Shown here piece after piece: positions 26,844 to 33,505 of a DNA stretch of 37,124 bases. Position 1 is the stretch's first letter. Each line of letters starts with the position of its first letter. Under the pieces are notes generated by a model. That model ran no database searches, was not told where the DNA came from, and worked only from the letters and a program-made list of their open reading frames with translations. The DNA is from a virus, in IMG/VR virus record IMGVR_UViG_3300021962_000013. The stretch is one strand, 5' to 3'. Made by a program: the position numbers and the translations under genes.

Positions 26844-27612
26844 TATCATGTACGACATGCCCGCCGCGGATTACCACGCGGAGAAGGCACTCTCTAAGTC
26901 CGGCCTCGACCAGTTTCGCAAGTCGCCCGCTCACTTCCGCGCTTGGCAGGATGGCTGGACAAAGCCCGAGACCAGCCCCGCGCTGGAGTTCGGTTCCGCC
27001 GCTCACTGCGCTGTCCTAGAACCGGAGCGGTTCATCCTGACCTACAAGCAGTTCACCGGAGATCGCCGCGGTAAGCAGGGTAAGGAGGACTACCAACTGA
27101 TCATCGACAACGGGTTCACTCCGCTCACACCAGACCAGTGGGAGAGCATCACCGGTGTCGCCGCCGCAGTTCACGCCCATCCCGCTGCTTCTGGCCTACT
27201 GGATGGAATCAAAGCCGAGGTCAGCTACTTCGCCGATTGGTCCGGCATCGAGGTCAAAGCTCGCATCGATGGTCTCGGAAAGGACTACATCATCGACCTC
27301 AAGACCACGCAGGATGCGTCTCCAAGCGCGTTCGCTAAGTCCTGCGCTCAGTTCCGCTACCATGTCCAAGCCGCTTGGTACCAGCGCATCACCGGCATCA
27401 ACCGGTTCATCTTCATCGCCGTCGAGAAGGAGGCTCCCTTCGGCGTCGCTTGCTACGAGCTTGATCAGCAGGCCATCGATCTTGGAAACTCCATCATCGA
27501 TGAACAACTCAAGGCCTTCATCGAATGCCAGGAACTCAACTCTTGGCCCTGCTACCCATCCACAACTCAAACACTCTCGCTGCCCGCGTGGGCGGCTCGT
27601 CAGTCCGAATAA
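26836..27612 (+). CDS. PD-(D/E)XK exonuclease (RecE C-terminal / DUF3799-like)
   Basis: GGAGG lies 5 nt before the ATG. Motifs: ADYHA, EFGSAAHCAVLEP, ARIDGL...IIDLKT (D...D-x-K) and QAAWYQ. Confidence 0.75.
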   Translation: MLDIMYDMPAADYHAEKALSKSGLDQFRKSPAHFRAWQDGWTKPETSPALEFGSAAHCAVLEPERFILTYKQFTGDRRGKQGKEDYQLIIDNGFTPLTPDQWESITGVAAAVHAHPAASGLLDGIKAEVSYFADWSGIEVKARIDGLGKDYIIDLKTTQDASPSAFAKSCAQFRYHVQAAWYQRITGINRFIFIAVEKEAPFGVACYELDQQAIDLGNSIIDEQLKAFIECQELNSWPCYPSTTQTLSLPAWAARQSE

Positions 27613-27630
27613 CAAACAACACACAACACC

Positions 27631-28050
27631 ATGAAATTCACAGTCGATCGTTCACAAGCCGAAGTTAAGCCGTTCGCCAGCCCCGGCGAATACATCGTCA
27701 CCGTCAACTCCTGCAAGGATGACAACCTCGACAAGAACGGGAACCCCGTCTGCACCCTGCGCTACAAGGGCGGCAACGGAGAGGTCATCAGCGACCGCTT
27801 CGTTCTCAAGGAGACCATGATGTGGCGGCTTCAGGCCCTCATCGCTGCCACCGAGGCGAACATCAGCGATGGTGATGAGTTCGACTTCTCCATCGGTGGC
27901 GCGTTCTTCCGCTTCCTTCAGGGGTTCGTTGGACTCCAGTTGGTGGTCGTCATCGAAGAGGAGAAGTACACTGACAAGAACGGAGCCGAACAGGTTACGC
28001 TCCGCGTGAAACGCATGAAGAAGGTGCCGGTGGATGTCGATGACATCTAA
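27631..28050 (+). CDS. DUF669-like protein (possible ssDNA-binding protein)
   Basis: 139 aa. The pattern F..PGEY.V.V......DKNGNP...L.Y....G and its place within a recombination module match my memory of DUF669. Confidence 0.45.
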   Translation: MKFTVDRSQAEVKPFASPGEYIVTVNSCKDDNLDKNGNPVCTLRYKGGNGEVISDRFVLKETMMWRLQALIAATEANISDGDEFDFSIGGAFFRFLQGFVGLQLVVVIEEEKYTDKNGAEQVTLRVKRMKKVPVDVDDI

Positions 28051-28065
28051 ACCCTGAAACGAAAG

Positions 28066-28093
28066 CCCCCCGGAGAGTGCAAGCTCCGGGGGG
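28066..28093. other. 10-bp GC hairpin CCCCCCGGAG-agtgcaag-CTCCGGGGGG preceded by GAAACGAAAG
   Basis: Read directly. The T-rich run (CTTTCGTTTC) is on the minus strand only. It is related to the element at 36155..36184. Confidence 0.5.
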
Positions 28094-28138
28094 TGACAAC
28101 GAGTCCGTAACAAACAATACAGAGCGCAACGACACGCT

Positions 28139-29254
28139 ATGCAGACCAAGAATCATCCCGAAATCGTTTCGACGCAAGCCTTTCTGCTTCGTCCCTACCA
28201 ACAACGAGCAGTCGAGTGGGCCAATCAGGGCGATGGACTCATCATCGCCCCTGCTGGATGCGGCAAGACAGTCATCGCCTCATCCATCATCAAGCACTAT
28301 TGCCAATGGCCAGAGTGGACCTTCGGATGGCTCGCTCCTACCCGCGAGACCTGTCAGCAGGCGATCGCTTCGCTCGAAGCTGTGGGCGTCGATACCTCCC
28401 GCGTCGAGGTTCGTTGCCCCCATGAGTCGGTAGATTTCTCACGCAAGAAACTGATCATCGTGGATGAGGCCAAACATGCGCCTGCCGATTCGTGGCGCAG
28501 GATCATCGAGTCCTGTAATGGCCTGCGCTTCGGCTTCGATGCCACCCCTTGGTCCGATGATTCCGAGCGCAACGAGATCCTGCGTAAGCTCTTCCGCAAT
28601 ACCCAGTTCGAGATCAAGCGCGAGGAACTGGGCAATGTTCTGGCCCACGCGACCGTGTACATGAGTTCGGCCACCGACTTCCTGATCCAGCGGAAGATCG
28701 ATGACTACATCGAGAAGCTCTTCACCGAGCGCAAGCGGTACATGCGGATCAGTCAGCCGGAACTCCGAGCCATGTGCGCTTGGGAAGCGATCACCGAGAT
28801 CGGTATCGTCGGCAACAAGCAACGCAATGGCGCGGCGATCATGTTCGCAAACTGCGGCGGTCACTCACCCACACTCGTCCTGGTACCCCGCGTGACCCTC
28901 GGGGAGGAATACGCGAAAGCGATCGGCGACGCCGTACTCGTCTACTCCAAGATGGCCAAGAAGGCGCGGCGCGAGGCGATGGAGGAATTCAAGGCCGGCA
29001 ACATCAAGACCATGATCGCCACCTCGCTGGCCGATGAGGGACTCGACCTTCCCAACGTCGAGACGCTAGTAATGGTCTCCGGAGGTCGGAGCGCACAGAA
29101 AACGATCCAGCGGGCCAGCCGTGCGCTGCGGCGGTCACCAGGTAAGGACCGAGCATACATCCACGACTTCAAGGATACCTTCCACCCGCTCGCTCAGGCT
29201 CACGCCAACAAGCGAATCAAATGCTACAAGGAACTTGGCTGCTCGATCCAATGA
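28139..29254 (+). CDS. SF2 DNA helicase (DEAH-like)
   Basis: RPYQQRAV; motif I APAGCGKT; motif II IIVDEAKH; motif VI QRASRALRR. Confidence 0.85.
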   Translation: MQTKNHPEIVSTQAFLLRPYQQRAVEWANQGDGLIIAPAGCGKTVIASSIIKHYCQWPEWTFGWLAPTRETCQQAIASLEAVGVDTSRVEVRCPHESVDFSRKKLIIVDEAKHAPADSWRRIIESCNGLRFGFDATPWSDDSERNEILRKLFRNTQFEIKREELGNVLAHATVYMSSATDFLIQRKIDDYIEKLFTERKRYMRISQPELRAMCAWEAITEIGIVGNKQRNGAAIMFANCGGHSPTLVLVPRVTLGEEYAKAIGDAVLVYSKMAKKARREAMEEFKAGNIKTMIATSLADEGLDLPNVETLVMVSGGRSAQKTIQRASRALRRSPGKDRAYIHDFKDTFHPLAQAHANKRIKCYKELGCSIQ

Positions 29255-29356
29255 ACACCGCCCTGACCATCATGGGCATGGCCATCCTCCTGCCCCTCTG
29301 CGTGATCGCCGGGATCTATGTAGGCCATTCTCTCACCATCAAATCACAGCAAACCA

Positions 29357-29815
29357 ATGACAAACAAAACAATCGTAGCCTGTGACCCAGGCGTGAACGG
29401 CGGGTTCGCAATCCACACCAAGGACGGGATCCTCCTGTTCGCAATGCCAGAGTCTCTGCCCGACATGCACCAACTGCTCAGCGGATTCAAAGTGGCCGAC
29501 TCCCATCTGTGGATCGAGAAGGTGCCGAAGTTTGTATCCAAGCTGACACCATCATCCAGCGTCGCAACCCTCCATGAGAACTACGGCATCGTCCAAGGAC
29601 TGGCCTACTCTCTTGGCTACGCTCTCCATCGAGTTGAGCCCAAGGTCTGGCAGGATCCTCTCGGACTGGGTGGCAAACGCTCCTGCGCCAACTCCGCGGA
29701 GTGGAAGCGCAAACTGAAGGCGAAGGCCCAGGAACTGTACCCTCATCTGGATGTTACCCTTAAGAACTGCGACGCCCTGCTGGTTCTTCACTACGCAACT
29801 GGAGGCGGTCGATGA
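29357..29815 (+). CDS. RuvC-like Holliday junction resolvase
   Basis: IVACDPGVNGGFAI (catalytic Asp), WIEKV, and C-terminal NCDALLVLHYA. Confidence 0.8.
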   Translation: MTNKTIVACDPGVNGGFAIHTKDGILLFAMPESLPDMHQLLSGFKVADSHLWIEKVPKFVSKLTPSSSVATLHENYGIVQGLAYSLGYALHRVEPKVWQDPLGLGGKRSCANSAEWKRKLKAKAQELYPHLDVTLKNCDALLVLHYATGGGR

Positions 29816-29917
29816 GCCAGCATGCCAAGCGATTGATCAACGATGGTACCGGGGTGTACCAGATGACCAGAAGCCAAGCCGGGGAAATATATCGTGCAGC
29901 GAAGAAATTAAAGAAAT

Positions 29918-30112
29918 ATGAAATCACCTATTGGAACAGGAACAAAAGATACAAGCAAACCCAAACGAAAGCGTGAGCTAGTTAAACATGTATTAGTGTC
30001 ACCAGATGTACATGCTCAGTTAAAGGCATACGCAGTCAAAAACGGATACAGAACTCAGGGAGTAGCAGACGAAGCAATTGGTGAATACCTCAATCGAAAG
30101 GAATCAAAATGA
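29918..30112 (+). CDS. Ribbon-helix-helix (CopG/Arc-like) DNA-binding protein, putative
   Basis: KHVLVSPDVHAQLKAYAVKNGYRTQGVADEAIGEYL fits a strand-helix-helix pattern. It lies in an AT-rich island. Confidence 0.5.
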   Translation: MKSPIGTGTKDTSKPKRKRELVKHVLVSPDVHAQLKAYAVKNGYRTQGVADEAIGEYLNRKESK

Positions 30113-30189
30113 ACATCGAACAAACCAAAGAAGCCATCCGAGTAATGCAGGCGTATGTGGATGGGAAGGAAGTGGAGGTGAATTCGTGA
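30109..30189 (+). pseudogene. 26-codon remnant paralogous to the N-terminus of gene 30524..30883
   Basis: MNIEQTKEAIRVMQAYVDGKEVEVNS versus MTKQEVLEAANVMIAYANGKKIGT: 9/16 identical over KEAIRVMQAYVDGKEV. Its TGA overlaps GTG 30186. Confidence 0.35.
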
Positions 30190-30527
30190 ATTGTAAACGC
30201 TGCCATTCTTACGCAATCAATCACCATTGTCATGGACGTGACGGCTCTGGAGAAGACCTGTGTGATGTCTGTTACTGGAGAAACATTGCCGAGAAACACG
30301 ACAACAACAGCTTTCAAGGTCAACTCCTTGAAGCTCGCAAGCGAATCATTGAGTTGGAAAACGAAGTCAACGTGAAGCACACGCATCATGCGATTGGAAA
30401 ACTTAAGAACGAACTGAACAGATCAAACGACAGAATCAAAATGCTCATAGCGGCAGGAGACATGATGGAACCTTTTGCTACTCAACAAACCGCTGAACTG
30501 TGGGCCAAAGCAAAGGAGAACAAATGA
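30186..30527 (+). CDS. Zn-finger + coiled-coil small protein (113 aa), paralog family A
   Basis: GTG 30186 in ORF-track frame 30078..30527, with GGAGGTGAATTC upstream. Contains CKRC...C...CDVC and ends in RIKMLIAAGD...WAKAKENK. Confidence 0.55.
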   Translation: MNCKRCHSYAINHHCHGRDGSGEDLCDVCYWRNIAEKHDNNSFQGQLLEARKRIIELENEVNVKHTHHAIGKLKNELNRSNDRIKMLIAAGDMMEPFATQQTAELWAKAKENK

Positions 30528-30883
30528 CTAAACAAGAAGTGTTGGAAGCTGCAAACGTGATGATTGCATACGCAAACGGTAAGAAAATTGGAACTCGTCC
30601 TAGGAGGTCCACAGAGCCTCTGTTGGGCATCCTGTATGTTCCAACATGGAACTGGGAGCAGAAGGACTACTGCGTGATTCCTGATCCGACTTACCGCCCG
30701 TGGACTGCGGATGAGGTTCCGCTGGGGGCGTGGATACGGTACAAAAGAGCGTTGCATGACCGAAGCATCCTCGCATGGACATCAAACCAAGCTGACCGAG
30801 ATATGTGGCTAGACGAACGCGAACACAGCACCGACGGCGGTAAAACGTGGCTCCCGTGTGGGGTCGTGGAGGAGGCGAAATGA
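30524..30883 (+). CDS. Hypothetical protein (119 aa)
   Basis: ATGA coupling, with AAAGGAG 6 nt upstream. Motifs AYANGKKI, YRPWTADEVPLGAWIR and DGGKTWLPCG recall an unnamed phage family. Confidence 0.6.
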   Translation: MTKQEVLEAANVMIAYANGKKIGTRPRRSTEPLLGILYVPTWNWEQKDYCVIPDPTYRPWTADEVPLGAWIRYKRALHDRSILAWTSNQADRDMWLDEREHSTDGGKTWLPCGVVEEAK

Positions 30884-31194
30884 ACCATCTTGGTGACACC
30901 AACAAAATGGTCGGTGAGACGCCGAGGACGGATGCAGTGATTGCAAGGGACACGGGCGATTCTGGATTAATTGCGGAACTGGCTTCCGAATGTTCTAAGA
31001 TGGAACGCGAACTCAACGCAGCGCACGTCGAGATTGAGCGACTGACTGCAAAAGTAGCGCAACTCTACGAAGGAGCAGAGGAAGCGAAGCAGCGCATCAA
31101 GCGGCTGGAGGAGGCGGGGGATAGAGCGATTGAGAACTCATACTATCCAGACCGAGTTAAGGTGTGGACCAAAGCCAAGGAGGCCAAGCCGTGA
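30880..31194 (+). CDS. Coiled-coil small protein (104 aa), paralog family A
   Basis: ATGA coupling after GGAGGAGG. The C-terminus RIKRLEEAGD...WTKAKEAKP parallels the product of 30186..30527. Confidence 0.6.
   Translation: MNHLGDTNKMVGETPRTDAVIARDTGDSGLIAELASECSKMERELNAAHVEIERLTAKVAQLYEGAEEAKQRIKRLEEAGDRAIENSYYPDRVKVWTKAKEAKP
31177..31194 (+). repeat. Junction 18-mer AAGGAGGCCAAGCCGTGA (copy 1)
   Basis: Identical to 31284..31301, and 15/18 identical to 31475..31492. It combines SD, GTG start and TGA stop. Confidence 0.9.
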
Positions 31195-31301
31195 AGCACC
31201 CAAGCTATTGCTGCCAGAAATGCGGAGAACTGATCGGTTGGATTAGTCGATTCATGTTCCCGTTCTTCCACAAGTGCAGAAAGAAGGAGGCCAAGCCGTG
31301 A
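31191..31301 (+). CDS. 36-aa Cys-rich mini-protein
   Basis: Hand-translated VKHPSYCCQKCGELIGWISRFMFPFFHKCRKKEAKP. It is bounded by the two identical junction 18-mers. Confidence 0.45.
   Translation: MKHPSYCCQKCGELIGWISRFMFPFFHKCRKKEAKP
31284..31301 (+). repeat. Junction 18-mer AAGGAGGCCAAGCCGTGA (copy 2)
   Basis: Read directly. Confidence 0.9.
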
Positions 31302-31492
31302 GTCTCGAAGAACAACTACGAAATGACGCTCAGTCACTTCGAGAAGTGGGATGGTTCAACCGCGCAATAATGATGGACGCAGCAGCTAACGAGATTAAGA
31401 AATTGAACGACCGCATCACTCAACTAGAGCGTGAGAACGACGCCATGCGAGCGGATCTGCTGCTGTGGCAGGAGCAGGAGGTGAAGCCGTGA
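31298..31492 (+). CDS. Coiled-coil small protein (64 aa), paralog family A-like
   Basis: GTG in the junction. ...NDRITQLERENDAMRADLLLWQEQEVKP. Confidence 0.55.
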   Translation: MSLEEQLRNDAQSLREVGWFNRAIMMDAAANEIKKLNDRITQLERENDAMRADLLLWQEQEVKP

Positions 31493-31692
31493 ACGTCGCG
31501 TTCGTCTACCGGCACAAGATGACCAGCGAGGTGCTGGTGGTGGATATCGACCGCGCACGGGAACTCGACGCAGCCAGACCATACTGGCAACACGTTTCAA
31601 CCGTAAATCCAATCTGCATCCTGCAACTCATCGTCAAAGCGAAGGGGCGAGCTAGGACCAAGATCATCAAAGAGCTGAGTGAGAAACCATGA
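31489..31692 (+). CDS. Hypothetical protein (67 aa)
   Basis: GTG in the third junction copy (ORF-track frame 31465..31692). Confidence 0.55.
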   Translation: MNVAFVYRHKMTSEVLVVDIDRARELDAARPYWQHVSTVNPICILQLIVKAKGRARTKIIKELSEKP

Positions 31693-31865
31693 CCATCGAA
31701 GAAATGAGAACCATCGACGCCGTCAAGACTTGGAAGGAATTGGAGGAGGCCAAGGAACGGATCAAGCACCTGGAATCAGCCATCCGGAAGACCCTCGACG
31801 ACAACCGACACCTGGCCGATGGGGACAACTGCACCCTCATCGACCTCAAGAAAGCACTCGGATAG
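31689..31865 (+). CDS. Hypothetical coiled-coil protein (58 aa)
   Basis: Hand-translated MTIEEMRTIDAVKTWKELEEAKERIKHLESAIRKTLDDNRHLADGDNCTLIDLKKALG. ATGA coupling. It falls below the ORF-track cut-off. Confidence 0.5.
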   Translation: MTIEEMRTIDAVKTWKELEEAKERIKHLESAIRKTLDDNRHLADGDNCTLIDLKKALG

Positions 31866-31885
31866 CCTGTGAATAGAAGAGAAAA

Positions 31886-32131
31886 ATGACGATACTGCAA
31901 CAATTAGGGTTGACCAAGGAATCCATGTCACGCATGGTCGGCCACGTCACTCCGTTCAAGGATCCGAGCCCTCGGATCAACCGGCGGTGGCCGGCTGTTC
32001 CAACCGAGATCCGAGATGCCATCCTCAAGGAGGACAAGTCACGCACTTACCCAGAACTGTCCAAGAAGTACGGTATCTCACTGTCATGCGTATGGAACAT
32101 CAGGAACAACAAAAACAACAAACAACAATAG
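31886..32131 (+). CDS. Small HTH DNA-binding protein
   Basis: RTYPELSKKYGISLSCVWNIR is HTH-like. The C-terminal NNKNNKQQ is encoded by an AACAA-type simple repeat. Confidence 0.6.
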   Translation: MTILQQLGLTKESMSRMVGHVTPFKDPSPRINRRWPAVPTEIRDAILKEDKSRTYPELSKKYGISLSCVWNIRNNKNNKQQ

Positions 32132-32144
32132 AGGAACTACAACG

Positions 32145-32708
32145 ATGGAAACAGTTATGTCACGAATTGGCCGATTGCTTGGGATGCGGATGCACAATCC
32201 AACACGGCCTGTGTGTCCAGTGCCACAAAGCACAGAAGCGGTACCGAGCAATACAGATACCGCTCCGGTAGAACAGCCAGTCATCAGCAAGAAGAAGAAG
32301 AGCAGGAAGCACAACGTCCTGCTCAAACCCAACTACATGAAACTCAGCGATTCAATCGACACGGTTGTCAAACTACGGAGTGAAGGTCTCACCTACCGGC
32401 TCATCGGTGAACACCTCAAGATGTCCAAGCAGCGCGTCTATCAGATCATCCAAGCCGGTCGCCAGCGTGATCTGGATCGGTCTAAGTGGACCTTCGGACT
32501 CAGCGTTCGTAACGCCAAGCTGATGGACAGACTTGAATTCAAATGCAAGGAGGACGCTCGCAAGGCGGTTCTATCCGGGGGGATCGCTCCGCTCAAGTGG
32601 GCCAACTTCGGTCGCAAGTCCTACAACGACCTATGCCAGTGGCTCGATGTCAAACCACTTGAATCACTTCCCGATCGGAAATGTCCTCACTGCGGACTCA
32701 AAACATGA
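32145..32708 (+). CDS. Sigma-70 region-4-like HTH fused to an RNAP alpha-CTD-like helix-hairpin-helix domain
   Basis: LTYRLIGEHLKMSKQRVYQIIQ versus the sigma r4.2 pattern S-x-x-R-V-x-Q-I. LSVRNAKLM ... NFGRKSYNDLCQWL versus E. coli alpha-CTD LTVRSANCL ... NLGKKSLTEIKDVL. The first ATG in the frame is 32145. Confidence 0.7.
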   Translation: METVMSRIGRLLGMRMHNPTRPVCPVPQSTEAVPSNTDTAPVEQPVISKKKKSRKHNVLLKPNYMKLSDSIDTVVKLRSEGLTYRLIGEHLKMSKQRVYQIIQAGRQRDLDRSKWTFGLSVRNAKLMDRLEFKCKEDARKAVLSGGIAPLKWANFGRKSYNDLCQWLDVKPLESLPDRKCPHCGLKT

Positions 32709-32968
32709 CCTCCCGTCACCAATACCCACTCGTAGAATCAATCAAGGTGGTCCGTCTCTCCTCGGGGCGGACCATCCGCATTACAAGGGATCGTACCAAG
32801 CAGGATCTCAAACTGATCCACGGCGACGGGGATATCCATCTCACCTGCGTCACTCACGCCGACGATCCCATCGAGATGATCAAGACACTGGCCCGCCTCG
32901 AAGACGTTCGATCAGTCGAACTCACCGACGAGAAGGGCAACGGAATCATAGTCCACAAACAAAAATAA
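32705..32968 (+). CDS. Hypothetical protein (87 aa)
   Basis: ATGA coupling (ORF-track frame 32681..32968). Confidence 0.55.
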   Translation: MTSRHQYPLVESIKVVRLSSGRTIRITRDRTKQDLKLIHGDGDIHLTCVTHADDPIEMIKTLARLEDVRSVELTDEKGNGIIVHKQK

Positions 32969-32969
32969 C

Positions 32970-33215
32970 ATGCACCAGTCCTCAACACACGATCTAGTCA
33001 ACGCGCTCAATATCCTGTCATCCGAACTCGATACACCCGATGGAATCCCCAATGCGCTCTGTGCAGAAGCCTCTCAACGTCTCCTTGAGCTGGTCCAGCT
33101 CACGAGCGACCTCACAGCACACATCCTCGCTAGCCCTATGCATCACCCTCGATGTAACGCAAAAACCAAGGGTACCTACTGCAATTGTATCCTGGCGCGA
33201 GTCCTCCCCACATGA
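32970..33215 (+). CDS. Hypothetical protein (81 aa)
   Basis: ORF track. The ATG lies 1 nt after the previous TAA. Confidence 0.5.
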   Translation: MHQSSTHDLVNALNILSSELDTPDGIPNALCAEASQRLLELVQLTSDLTAHILASPMHHPRCNAKTKGTYCNCILARVLPT

Positions 33216-33475
33216 AGACCCCACGACACGAACAACCCTGGTACGAATCACGCCTGCTCAATAACAAGAAACCCAGCCCCATCACCGAAGAGGAACGAAC
33301 AAGCATCACCGACGAGAACCGCCGGCTCATCGAGGAGTCGGCCAGTATCATTGCCACCGGCGTCAAACGCGGATGGATATCCTTCCCGGCCAAGACCGAA
33401 GCCGAGACCTGGGTGCCATCACCAACCGGTCCCCAACCACCAGATCCTCTCAGCATGATCTGGCCAGAATCCTGA
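33212..33475 (+). CDS. Hypothetical protein (87 aa)
   Basis: ATGA coupling (ORF-track frame 33185..33475). Confidence 0.5.
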   Translation: MKTPRHEQPWYESRLLNNKKPSPITEEERTSITDENRRLIEESASIIATGVKRGWISFPAKTEAETWVPSPTGPQPPDPLSMIWPES

Positions 33476-33505
33476 CAACCCCGTAACAAGCAACGAATCA
33501 ACGAC

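Noticed and set aside
30109-30527. Programmed -1 frameshift fusing the 26-codon ORF to the 30186 gene frame
   Set aside because: The downstream frame is open across the region, but I found no X-XXY-YYZ slippery heptamer in 30109..30189. A simple GTGA reinitiation or a gene remnant explains it.
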